A stretch of DNA of 64,000 nt from Perkinsela sp. CCAP 1560/9 (Eukaryota; Protista; Euglenozoa: Kinetoplastea), in NCBI GenBank assembly GCA_965644495.1, contig CBFFSA010000019.1, positions 175,555 to 239,554 of the forward strand, read 5' to 3'. Each line of letters opens with the position of its first letter. Position 1 is the first letter of the stretch. Shown in pieces: positions 48,783 through 60,857 of the stretch. The notes below the pieces were generated by a model. It saw only the letters and a list, made by a program, of their open reading frames with translations. It was not told where the DNA came from and did no database searches. The position numbers were made by a program, and so were the translations under genes.

Positions 48783-48863
48783 GCGTCCATACCCAAGTGG
48801 TTAAGGGGCCTGACTTGAAATCAGGTGTGTTCTCACGCGCAGGTTCGAACCGTGCTGGGCGCG
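48783..48863 (+). tRNA. tRNA-Ser(TGA), T-stem variant (C62G)
   Basis: Same variant as 41326. Confidence 0.85.
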
Positions 48864-50273
48864 TTTTTGCGATTCTCTTCGTTCACAATCGTGTGGCCGC
48901 TTTTGGGCGCGCGCGAGAGACGCAACGTGAATCGCAGAAGCAATGGTACATTTTAGGGTATTTTCTTTGCTGAAATGAAGTCTTTTTGGCCTGTGTAGCA
49001 GATGACGTTTTGGCGGCAGAGACGGTGAATGGGTAGATGGCCGTGCGAGTGTCAAATGTAAAAGCCCGAAAAGTGTACCGCTTTTTAGCGCATCATATCT
49101 TAAAATTCAAAATGACGTCAGATTTACCTCTTTCCGCCTGCACGGTGAAGGGGGGTTTTCAGATATCTCTGGACGCGACGTTTGCATGACTTCCGTGCAT
49201 GGCGTGCGTCGATTGCGAAACGCCGAACCAGCAAGCTACACCTCCTGAGTGGTCGTGCTTCGCGCGATATTTTCTGTAGAGATAGAGTTTTTCCGTTAGT
49301 CAGTATGATTGCGAAACAAAACGTGGGTTTCGCCAGTCCACTTTTTGTCCGTTCTTCCCTGAATCAAATCTTAAACAATTTTAACCCTTTCTAATTGATG
49401 AGCGTTCTGATCGCTCGTGCTTTGCTCTGATATTTGCTTTGGGCACTCTTTTCACATGATTTCACTGATACTATAAGACTTCCCCTCTTCTAACGCAAGA
49501 ATTTGTTGTCATCGGACATTCTTTTAGTCAAATCAATGCTTGATTGCACAAGCTTCCTGCATCTCAAGGGGGGGGGTTGTATTTCTCTACACCTCTTTCA
49601 CTTTTCACCTGCTCTTCCAAGCAACAGGGTCACAGGGCGCGCGCGTATTGTAATAGTGTGGTGGAAAAACGTCGGTTTCACACGAAACTCGCATCCACCG
49701 TGCGACCCCATTCCGTGGAGAACGATCTTTGTTTTCTTCGATCGCACTGATTCCGTTAGATGCACAGAGCGTGATTTCACGTGAATCGAACAATTCCGCG
49801 AGATGTTTTACTTGGGGCAAAGCAGGGCAGCACATGAACAATGAAAACAGGACGCGCAATGGCGCGGAACACCTTCCACGTGACACCTTCCGAAACGCGT
49901 TCTGCACAATCCAGGTATAAAACAACGAATTTCTTCGCCCGGCCGTTGCAAAGACCCACCCCTTACCGATAGATTTCGTAGCTCTGCTCTAAACGTGAAC
50001 GCATCGTGCTCAACCTCTCTTCCCGACTATGTCATCGCAAAAATTGTATGTGTCACTTCTGGGCCGTTCGCATGGGCATGTGTTGGGCACACTCAAACCC
50101 CCATTGCATTCATCAATGCGACCTACGGTTGTGAATGTCGCCTTGCTTGGGGGGGGGGGGGGCTGTAAGGATCGTTAAGCGAGCGAAATCGGGGAGTTTC
50201 CATTATGACATGAATTAGCAAGGTAAAGTGCACCGCTATGGACACACAAAATTCGAGACACACCACGACGGAA

Positions 50274-50354
50274 GCGTCCATACCCAAGTGGTTAAGGGGC
50301 CTGACTTGAAATCAGGTGTGTTCTCACGCGCAGGTTCGAACCGTGCTGGGCGCG
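50274..50354 (+). tRNA. tRNA-Ser(TGA), T-stem variant (C62G)
   Basis: Same variant as 41326. Confidence 0.85.
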
Positions 50355-51764
50355 TTTTTGCGATTCTCTTCGTTCACAATCGTGTGGCCGCTTTTGGGCG
50401 CGCGCGAGAGACGCAACGTGAATCGCAGAAGCAATGGTACATTTTAGGGTATTTTCTTTGCTGAAATGAAGTCTTTTTGGCCTGTGTAGCAGATGACGTT
50501 TTGGCGGCAGAGACGGTGAATGGGTAGATGGCCGTGCGAGTGTCAAATGTAAAAGCCCGAAAAGTGTACCGCTTTTTAGCGCATCATATCTTAAAATTCA
50601 AAATGACGTCAGATTTACCTCTTTCCGCCTGCACGGTGAAGGGGGGTTTTCAGATATCTCTGGACGCGACGTTTGCATGACTTCCGTGCATGGCGTGCGT
50701 CGATTGCGAAACGCCGAACCAGCAAGCTACACCTCCTGAGTGGTCGTGCTTCGCGCGATATTTTCTGTAGAGATAGAGTTTTTCCGTTAGTCAGTATGAT
50801 TGCGAAACAAAACGTGGGTTTCGCCAGTCCACTTTTTGTCCGTTCTTCCCTGAATCAAATCTTAAACAATTTTAACCCTTTCTAATTGATGAGCGTTCTG
50901 ATCGCTCGTGCTTTGCTCTGATATTTGCTTTGGGCACTCTTTTCACATGATTTCACTGATACTATAAGACTTCCCCTCTTCTAACGCAAGAATTTGTTGT
51001 CATCGGACATTCTTTTAGTCAAATCAATGCTTGATTGCACAAGCTTCCTGCATCTCAAGGGGGGGGGTTGTATTTCTCTACACCTCTTTCACTTTTCACC
51101 TGCTCTTCCAAGCAACAGGGTCACAGGGCGCGCGCGTATTGTAATAGTGTGGTGGAAAAACGTCGGTTTCACACGAAACTCGCATCCACCGTGCGACCCC
51201 ATTCCGTGGAGAACGATCTTTGTTTTCTTCGATCGCACTGATTCCGTTAGATGCACAGAGCGTGATTTCACGTGAATCGAACAATTCCGCGAGATGTTTT
51301 ACTTGGGGCAAAGCAGGGCAGCACATGAACAATGAAAACAGGACGCGCAATGGCGCGGAACACCTTCCACGTGACACCTTCCGAAACGCGTTCTGCACAA
51401 TCCAGGTATAAAACAACGAATTTCTTCGCCCGGCCGTTGCAAAGACCCACCCCTTACCGATAGATTTCGTAGCTCTGCTCTAAACGTGAACGCATCGTGC
51501 TCAACCTCTCTTCCCGACTATGTCATCGCAAAAATTGTATGTGTCACTTCTGGGCCGTTCGCATGGGCATGTGTTGGGCACACTCAAACCCCCATTGCAT
51601 TCATCAATGCGACCTACGGTTGTGAATGTCGCCTTGCTTGGGGGGGGGGGGGGCTGTAAGGATCGTTAAGCGAGCGAAATCGGGGAGTTTCCATTATGAC
51701 ATGAATTAGCAAGGTAAAGTGCACCGCTATGGACACACAAAATTCGAGACACACCACGACGGAA

Positions 51765-51845
51765 GCGTCCATACCCAAGTGGTTAAGGGGCCTGACTTGA
51801 AATCAGGTGTGTTCTCACGCGCAGGTTCGAACCGTGCTGGGCGCG
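51765..51845 (+). tRNA. tRNA-Ser(TGA), T-stem variant (C62G)
   Basis: Same variant as 41326. Confidence 0.85.
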
Positions 51846-53253
51846 TTTTTGCGATTCTCTTCGTTCACAATCGTGTGGCCGCTTTTGGGCGCGCGCGAGA
51901 GACGCAACGTGAATCGCAGAAGCAATGGTACATTTTAGGGTATTTTCTTTGCTGAAATGAAGTCTTTTTGGCCTGTGTAGCAGATGACGTTTTGGCGGCA
52001 GAGACGGTGAATGGGTAGATGGCCGTGCGAGTGTCAAATGTAAAAGCCCGAAAAGTGTACCGCTTTTTAGCGCATCATATCTTAAAATTCAAAATGACGT
52101 CAGATTTACCTCTTTCCGCCTGCACGGTGAAGGGGGGTTTTCAGATATCTCTGGACGCGACGTTTGCATGACTTCCGTGCATGGCGTGCGTCGATTGCGA
52201 AACGCCGAACCAGCAAGCTACACCTCCTGAGTGGTCGTGCTTCGCGCGATATTTTCTGTAGAGATAGAGTTTTTCCGTTAGTCAGTATGATTGCGAAACA
52301 AAACGTGGGTTTCGCCAGTCCACTTTTTGTCCGTTCTTCCCTGAATCAAATCTTAAACAATTTTAACCCTTTCTAATTGATGAGCGTTCTGATCGCTCGT
52401 GCTTTGCTCTGATATTTGCTTTGGGCACTCTTTTCACATGATTTCACTGATACTATAAGACTTCCCCTCTTCTAACGCAAGAATTTGTTGTCATCGGACA
52501 TTCTTTTAGTCAAATCAATGCTTGATTGCACAAGCTTCCTGCATCTCAAGGGGGGGGGTTGTATTTCTCTACACCTCTTTCACTTTTCACCTGCTCTTCC
52601 AAGCAACAGGGTCACAGGGCGCGCGCGTATTGTAATAGTGTGGTGGAAAAACGTCGGTTTCACACGAAACTCGCATCCACCGTGCGACCCCATTCCGTGG
52701 AGAACGATCTTTGTTTTCTTCGATCGCACTGATTCCGTTAGATGCACAGAGCGTGATTTCACGTGAATCGAACAATTCCGCGAGATGTTTTACTTGGGGC
52801 AAAGCAGGGCAGCACATGAACAATGAAAACAGGACGCGCAATGGCGCGGAACACCTTCCACGTGACACCTTCCGAAACGCGTTCTGCACAATCCAGGTAT
52901 AAAACAACGAATTTCTTCGCCCGGCCGTTGCAAAGACCCACCCCTTACCGATAGATTTCGTAGCTCTGCTCTAAACGTGAACGCATCGTGCTCAACCTCT
53001 CTTCCCGACTATGTCATCGCAAAAATTGTATGTGTCACTTCTGGGCCGTTCGCATGGGCATGTGTTGGGCACACTCAAACCCCCATTGCATTCATCAATG
53101 CGACCTACGGTTGTGAATGTCGCCTTGCTTGGGGGGGGGGGGCTGTAAGGATCGTTAAGCGAGCGAAATCGGGGAGTTTCCATTATGACATGAATTAGCA
53201 AGGTAAAGTGCACCGCTATGGACACACAAAATTCGAGACACACCACGACGGAA

Positions 53254-53334
53254 GCGTCCATACCCAAGTGGTTAAGGGGCCTGACTTGAAATCAGGTGTG
53301 TTCTCACGCGCAGGTTCGAACCCTGCTGGGCGCG
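53254..53334 (+). tRNA. tRNA-Ser(TGA)
   Basis: Same sequence as the 29451 copy. Confidence 0.95.
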
Positions 53335-54743
53335 TTTTTGCGATTCTCTTCGTTCACAATCGTGTGGCCGCTTTTGGGCGCGCGCGAGAGACGCAACGTG
53401 AATCGCAGAAGCAATGGTACATTTTAGGGTATTTTCTTTGCTGAAATGAAGTCTTTTTGGCCTGTGTAGCAGATGACGTTTTGGCGGCAGAGACGGTGAA
53501 TGGGTAGATGGCCGTGCGCGTGTCAAATGTAAAAGCCCGAAAAGTGTACCGCTTTTTAGCGCATCATATCTTAAAATTCAAAATGACGTCAGATTTACCT
53601 CTTTCCGCCTGCACGGTGAAGGGGGGTTTTCAGATATCTCTGGACGCGACGTTTGCATGACTTCCGTGCATGGCGTGCGTCGATTGCGAAACGCCGAACC
53701 AGCAAGCTACACCTCCTGAGTGGTCGTGCTTCGCGCGATATTTTCTGTAGAGATAGAGTTTTTCCGTTAGTCAGTATGATTGCGAAACAAAACGTGGGTT
53801 TCGCCAGTCCACTTTTTGTCCGTTCTTCCCTGAATCAAATCTTAAACAATTTTAACCCTTTCTAATTGATGAGCGTTCTGATCGCTCGTGCTTTGCTCTG
53901 ATATTTGCTTTGGGCACTCTTTTCACATGATTTCACTGATACTATAAGACTTCCCCTCTTCTAACGCAAGAATTTGTTGTCATCGGACATTCTTTTAGTC
54001 AAATCAATGCTTGATTGCACAAGCTTCCTGCATCTCAAGGGGGGGGTTGTATTTCTCTACACCTCTTTCACTTTTCACCTGCTCTTCCAAGCAACAGGGT
54101 CACAGGGCGCGCGCGTATTGTAATAGTGTGGTGGAAAAACGTCGGTTTCACACGAAACTCGCATCCACCGTGCGACCCCATTCCGTGGAGAACGATCTTT
54201 GTTTTCTTCGATCGCACTGATTCCGTTAGATGCACAGAGCGTGATTTCACGTGAATCGAACAATTCCGCGAGATGTTTTACTTGGGGCAAAGCAGGGCAG
54301 CACATGAACAATGAAAACAGGACGCGCAATGGCGCGGAACACCTTCCACGTGACACCTTCCGAAACGCGTTCTGCACAATCCAGGTATAAAACAACGAAT
54401 TTCTTCGCCCGGCCGTTGCAAAGACCCACCCCTTACCGATAGATTTCGTAGCTCTGCTCTAAACGTGAACGCATCGTGCTCAACCTCTCTTCCCGACTAT
54501 GTCATCGCAAAAATTGTATGTGTCACTTCTGGGCCGTTCGCATGGGCATGTGTTGGGCACACTCAAACCCCCATTGCATTCATCAATGCGACCTACGGTT
54601 GTGAATGTCGCCTTGCTTGGGGGGGGGGGGGGCTGTAAGGATCGTTAAGCGAGCGAAATCGGGGAGTTTCCATTATGACATGAATTAGCAAGGTAAACTG
54701 CACCGCTATGGACACACAAAATTCGAGACACACCACGACGGAA

Positions 54744-54824
54744 GCGTCCATACCCAAGTGGTTAAGGGGCCTGACTTGAAATCAGGTGTGTTCTCAGGCG
54801 CAGGTTCGAACCCTGCTGGGCGCG
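54744..54824 (+). tRNA. tRNA-Ser(TGA), variable-arm variant
   Basis: TTCTCAGGCG instead of TTCTCACGCG; one variable-arm pair lost. Confidence 0.85.
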
Positions 54825-55620
54825 TTTTTGCGATTCTCTTCGTTCACAATCGTGTGGCCGCTTTTGGGCGCGCGCGAGAGACGCAACGTGAATCGCAGAA
54901 GCAATGGTACATTTTAGGGTATTTTCTTTGCTGAAATGAAGTCTTTTTGGCCTGTGTAGCAGATGACGTTTTGGCGGCAGAGACGGTGAATGGGTAGATG
55001 GCCGTGCGCGTGTCAAATGTAAAAGCCCGAAAAGTGTACCGCTTTTTAGCGCATCATATCTTAAAATTCAAAATGACGTCAGATTTACCTCTTTCCGCCT
55101 GCACGGTGAAGGGGGGTTTTCAGATATCTCTGGACGCGACGTTTGCATGACTTCCGTGCATGGCGTGCGTCGATTGCGAAACGCCGAACCAGCAAGCTAC
55201 ACCTCCTGAGTGGTCGTGCTTCGCGCGATATTTTCTGTAGAGATAGAGTTTTTCCGTTAGTCAGTATGATTGCGAAACAAAACGTGGGTTTCGCCAGTCC
55301 ACTTTTTGTCCGTTCTTCCCTGAATCAAATCTTAAACAATTTTAACCCTTTCTAATTGATGAGCGTTCTGATCGCTCGTGCTTTGCTCTGATATTTGCTT
55401 TGGGCACTCTTTTCACATGATTTCACTGATACTATAAGACTTCCCCTCTTCTAACGCAAGAATTTGTTGTCATCGGACATTCTTTTAGTCAAATCAATGC
55501 TTGATTGCACAAGCTTCCTGCATCTCAAGGGGGGGGGTTGTATTTCTCTACACCTCTTTCACTTTTCACCTGCTCTTCCAAGCAACAGGGTCACAGGGCG
55601 CGCGCGTATTGTAATAGTGT

Positions 55621-57117
55621 CTTGTTGACTCTTACCGCTATCTGGGAAACATTCAGGATTCAGGCGTTTCTTCGCCAGTAAAAGACCGCTTAAGGCTCAC
55701 CTGGGCCGCATTTCGGAAGCTCAAGGGCATTTGGGACTCGCCACTGAGTGCATCAACAAAACTGCGTTTGTTTGATTGCCTCGTTTACCCAATCATGACC
55801 TTTGGTGCCGCTTCGCTTTCCATATCCAACAAAATGCTTCGGCAAACAGAAGTTGAGCTCAATATGATGCGAAGATTTTGCTGTAATTGTGCTAAATTGG
55901 ACGAGTTTGGACACTGCTACCCTATCGAGTCACTTTATTGCGGCACTCCTCGTTTCTCCACCGTACATCGCGTTAGTCGGGCTAAAATTGTTGGTCACAT
56001 TCTAAGGCACTCATTCATGTTTCGAGATCTTATCCAGTGGAAATGCAGCGATAGGAAACGAAATCTCTCACCAAGCGAAGCTTGCTTTCACGATCTGGAC
56101 ATTACCGAAGAACAAGCCCTCGTATACGCTCAGGATCGAGATCACTGGAAAAAGTTATGTGAAGATTTAAAGGTAGCACTCGAACCGCTTCCGGATTACG
56201 AAAGACTCTCTTCTCCTAGATGGAAAAGTAAACATGCCCACGCCTTGAAGCAAGATACGCCTTACGATTTGCAATTTGTCGAAGAAAGTTCTGATCCTTT
56301 TCCATTAAAAGATGATGAGGTTCACTTCTATATTGATGGTTCAGTCCGTGCCTTGCGGGTGACAAACGAGATCAGAGCAGGTGCTGGAATTGTTGTGCTT
56401 CAACGATGGACAACCGATAAATGTTTTTCCTTAACATTAGATGTTGATAGTGCCGAGCAAGCTGAGGCTGAATCTTTTCGAGAGGCGCTTAAAAGAATAC
56501 CGGACGGAGCAAAAGATATCGTAGTACACACAGATTCGTTCTATGTGTGGAACTTCTTTCATCACGTTCGCATCCGGAGACGGGTAATAGGGTATGACCG
56601 CGTCGTCAACAGAAACATTCTACAAGATATAGATCATCAGGTGCGGAAACTAAAATCTCAGAATGTTAATTTGTATGTGTGCAAAGTTAAATCTCATAAT
56701 GGGAACGAATATAACGACAAAGCTGATGTCTTGGCTCTTTCGGCGTCACGAAGGCCGTTAAAATCACAAGAGGCAAAGAGGTTGAAGACGACAAAAGCTC
56801 CTTCTTCTTCTTCTTCTGACCCAATATCCTCGCCAGAAGCGACACTCATATTGCGCCCAAGAAGGAATGTTGACACTATTTCATCCAAACGCAAGAATAA
56901 CACTACTGCAAGTGGGGCTCTATCCAAAAAGGGTAGCTCACTGTCTGGAGAGCCTGGAGTGAAACCGTCTGAAAAAACGAATGCTATGATCCTGAGTAGG
57001 CCTGATGTCGGTAAAGAAAAAAGTTGCAAGGGAAATAGGGAGTCTGATAAGATCGTGGAAACAAAGGGAAAGAAGTCTCCCAAGAGAAAGAAGGCTTCAC
57101 GAAAATTAGAACAGTAG
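55621..57117 (+). CDS. Partial LINE polyprotein: RT domain 7 and thumb, RNase H, basic tail
   Basis: Frame open from the first inserted base: VDSYRYLG...RLTWAAFRKLKGIWDSPLSASTKLRLFDCLVYPIMTFGA. RNase H motifs FYIDGS, GAGIV, AEAES, HTDS, KVKSHNGNEYNDKADVLA. Confidence 0.88.
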   Translation, partial: LVDSYRYLGNIQDSGVSSPVKDRLRLTWAAFRKLKGIWDSPLSASTKLRLFDCLVYPIMTFGAASLSISNKMLRQTEVELNMMRRFCCNCAKLDEFGHCYPIESLYCGTPRFSTVHRVSRAKIVGHILRHSFMFRDLIQWKCSDRKRNLSPSEACFHDLDITEEQALVYAQDRDHWKKLCEDLKVALEPLPDYERLSSPRWKSKHAHALKQDTPYDLQFVEESSDPFPLKDDEVHFYIDGSVRALRVTNEIRAGAGIVVLQRWTTDKCFSLTLDVDSAEQAEAESFREALKRIPDGAKDIVVHTDSFYVWNFFHHVRIRRRVIGYDRVVNRNILQDIDHQVRKLKSQNVNLYVCKVKSHNGNEYNDKADVLALSASRRPLKSQEAKRLKTTKAPSSSSSDPISSPEATLILRPRRNVDTISSKRKNNTTASGALSKKGSSLSGEPGVKPSEKTNAMILSRPDVGKEKSCKGNRESDKIVETKGKKSPKRKKASRKLEQ

Positions 57118-57168
57118 TATCTTTAATCGGTTTTTAACCGATCTATTAGGATAGGATAGGATAGGAGG
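55621..57168 (+). mobile_element. 5'-truncated non-LTR retrotransposon (RTE-like RT C-terminus plus RNase H)
   Basis: 13-bp TSD ATTGTAATAGTGT (55608-20, 57169-81); 3' hairpin ATCGGTT-TTT-AACCGAT; (ATAGG)n tail. Confidence 0.92.
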
Positions 57169-57796
57169 ATTGTAATAGTGTGGTGGAAAAACGTCGGTTT
57201 CACACGAAACTCGCATCCACCGTGCGACCCCATTCCGTGGAGAACGATCTTTGTTTTCTTCGATCGCACTGATTCCGTTAGATGCACAGAGCGTGATTTC
57301 ACGTGAATCGAACAATTCCGCGAGATGTTTTACTTGGGGCAAAGCAGGGCAGCACATGAACAATGAAAACAGGACGCGCAATGGCGCGGAACACCTTCCA
57401 CGTGACACCTTCCGAAACGCGTTCTGCACAATCCAGGTATAAAACAACGAATTTCTTCGCCCGGCCGTTGCAAAGACCCACCCCTTACCGATAGATTTCG
57501 TAGCTCTGCTCTAAACGTGAACGCATCGTGCTCAACCTCTCTTCCCGACTATGTCATCGCAAAAATTGTATGTGTCACTTCTGGGCCGTTCGCATGGGCA
57601 TGTGTTGGGCACACTCAAACCCCCATTGCATTCATCAATGCGACCTACGGTTGTGAATGTCGCCTTGCTTGGGGGGGGGGGGGGGCTGTAAGGATCGTTA
57701 AGCGAGCGAAATCGGGGAGTTTCCATTATGACATGAATTAGCAAGGTAAAGTGCACCGCTATGGACACACAAAATTCGAGACACACCACGACGGAA

Positions 57797-57877
57797 GCGT
57801 CCATACCCAAGTGGTTAAGGGGCCTGACTTGAAATCAGGTGTGTTCTCACGCGCAGGTTCGAACCCTGCTGGGCGCG
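57797..57877 (+). tRNA. tRNA-Ser(TGA)
   Basis: Same sequence as the 29451 copy. Confidence 0.95.
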
Positions 57878-59288
57878 TTTTTGCGATTCTCTTCGTTCAC
57901 AATCGTGTGGCCGCTTTTGGGCGCGCGCGAGAGACGCAACGTGAATCGCAGAAGCAGTGGTACATTTTAGGGTATTTTCTTTGCTGAAATGAAGTCTTTT
58001 TGGCCTGTGTAGCAGATGACGTTTTGGCGGCAGAGACGGTGAATGGGTAGATGGCCGTGCGCGTGTCAAATGTAAAAGCCCGAAAAGTGTACCGCTTTTT
58101 AGCGCATCATATCTTAAAATTCAAAATGACGTCAGATTTACCTCTTTCCGCCTGCACGGTGAAGGGGGGTTTTCAGATATCTCTGGACGCGACGTTTGCA
58201 TGACTTCCGTGCATGGCGTGCGTCGATTGCGAAACGCCGAACCAGCAAGCTACACCTCCTGAGTGGTCGTGCTTCGCGCGATATTTTCTGTAGAGATAGA
58301 GTTTTTCCGTTAGTCAGTATGATTGCGAAACAAAACGTGGGTTTCGCCAGTCCACTTTTTGTCCGTTCTTCCCTGAATCAAATCTTAAACAATTTTAACC
58401 CTTTCTAATTGATGAGCGTTCTGATCGCTCGTGCTTTGCTCTGATATTTGCTTTGGGCACTCTTTTCACATGATTTCACTGATACTATAAGACTTCCCCT
58501 CTTCTAACGCAAGAATTTGTTGTCATCGGACATTCTTTTAGTCAAATCAATGCTTGATTGCACAAGCTTCCTGCATCTCAAGGGGGGGGTTGTATTTCTC
58601 TACACCTCTTTCACTTTTCACCTGCTCTTCCAAGCAACAGGGTCACAGGGCGCGCGCGTATTGTAATAGTGTGGTGGAAAAACGTCGGTTTCACACGAAA
58701 CTCGCATCCACCGTGCGACCCCATTCCGTGGAGAACGATCTTTGTTTTCTTCGATCGCACTGATTCCGTTAGATGCACAGAGCGTGATTTCACGTGAATC
58801 GAACAATTCCGCGAGATGTTTTACTTGGGGCAAAGCAGGGCAGCACATGAACAATGAAAACAGGACGCGCAATGGCGCGGAACACCTTCCACGTGACACC
58901 TTCCGAAACGCGTTCTGCACAATCCAGGTATAAAACAACGAATTTCTTCGCCCGGCCGTTGCAAAGACCCACCCCTTACCGATAGATTTCGTAGCTCTGC
59001 TCTAAACGTGAACGCATCGTGCTCAACCTCTCTTCCCGACTATGTCATCGCAAAAATTGTATGTGTCACTTCTGGGCCGTTCGCATGGGCATGTGTTGGG
59101 CACACTCAAACCCCCATTGCATTCATCAATGCGACCTACGGTTGTGAATGTCGCCTTGCTTGGGGGGGGGGGGGGGGCTGTAAGGATCGTTAAGCGAGCG
59201 AAATCGGGGAGTTTCCATTATGACATGAATTAGCAAGGTAAAGTGCACCGCTATGGACACACAAAATTCGAGACACACCACGACGGAA

Positions 59289-59369
59289 GCGTCCATACCC
59301 AAGTGGTTAAGGGGCCTGACTTGAAATCAGGTGTGTTCTCACGCGCAGGTTCGAACCCTGCTGGGCGCG
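59289..59369 (+). tRNA. tRNA-Ser(TGA)
   Basis: Same sequence as the 29451 copy. Confidence 0.95.
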
Positions 59370-60776
59370 TTTTTGCGATTCTCTTCGTTCACAATCGTGT
59401 GGCCGCTTTTGGGCGCGCGCGAGAGACGCAACGTGAATCGCAGAAGCAATGGTACATTTTAGGGTATTTTCTTTGCTGAAATGAAGTCTTTTTGGCCTGT
59501 GTAGCAGATGACGTTTTGGCGGCAGAGACGGTGAATGGGTAGATGGCCGTGCGCGTGTCAAATGTAAAAGCCCGAAAAGTGTACCGCTTTTTAGCGCATC
59601 ATATCTTAAAATTCAAAATGACGTCAGATTTACCTCTTTCCGCCTGCACGGTGAAGGGGGGTTTTCAGATATCTCTGGACGCGACGTTTGCATGACTTCC
59701 GTGCATGGCGTGCGTCGATTGCGAAACGCCGAACCAGCAAGCTACACCTCCTGAGTGGTCGTGCTTCGCGCGATATTTTCTGTAGAGATAGAGTTTTTCC
59801 GTTAGTCAGTATGATTGCGAAACAAAACGTGGGTTTCGCCAGTCCACTTTTTGTCCGTTCTTCCCTGAATCAAATCTTAAACAATTTTAACCCTTTCTAA
59901 TTGATGAGCGTTCTGATCGCTCGTGCTTTGCTCTGATATTTGCTTTGGGCACTCTTTTCACATGATTTCACTGATACTATAAGACTTCCCCTCTTCTAAC
60001 GCAAGAATTTGTTGTCATCGGACATTCTTTTAGTCAAATCAATGCTTGATTGCACAAGCTTCCTGCATCTCAAGGGGGGGGGTTGTATTTCTCTACACCT
60101 CTTTCACTTTTCACCTGCTCTTCCAAGCAACAGGGTCACAGGGCGCGCGCGTATTGTAATAGTGTGGTGGAAAAACGTCGGTTTCACACGAAACTCGCAT
60201 CCACCGTGCGACCCCATTCCGTGGAGAACGATCTTTGTTTTCTTCGATCGCACTGATTCCGTTAGATGCACAGAGCGTGATTTCACGTGAATCGAACAAT
60301 TCCGCGAGATGTTTTACTTGGGGCAAAGCAGGGCAGCACATGAACAATGAAAACAGGACGCGCAATGGCGCGGAACACCTTCCACGTGACACCTTCCGAA
60401 ACGCGTTCTGCACAATCCAGGTATAAAACAACGAATTTCTTCGCCCGGCCGTTGCAAAGACCCACCCCTTACCGATAGATTTCGTAGCTCTGCTCTAAAC
60501 GTGAACGCATCGTGCTCAACCTCTCTTCCCGACTATGTCATCGCAAAAATTGTATGTGTCACTTCTGGGCCGTTCGCATGGGCATGTGTTGGGCACACTC
60601 AAACCCCCATTGCATTCATCAATGCGACCTACGGTTGTGAATGTCGCCTTGCTTGGGGGGGGGGGCTGTAAGGATCGTTAAGCGAGCGAAATCGGGGAGT
60701 TTCCATTATGACATGAATTAGCAAGGTAAAGTGCACCGCTATGGACACACAAAATTCGAGACACACCACGACGGAA

Positions 60777-60857
60777 GCGTCCATACCCAAGTGGTTAAGG
60801 GGCCTGACTTGAAATCAGGTGTGTTCTCACGCGCAGGTTCGAACCCTGCTGGGCGCG
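60777..60857 (+). tRNA. tRNA-Ser(TGA)
   Basis: Same sequence as the 29451 copy. Confidence 0.95.
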
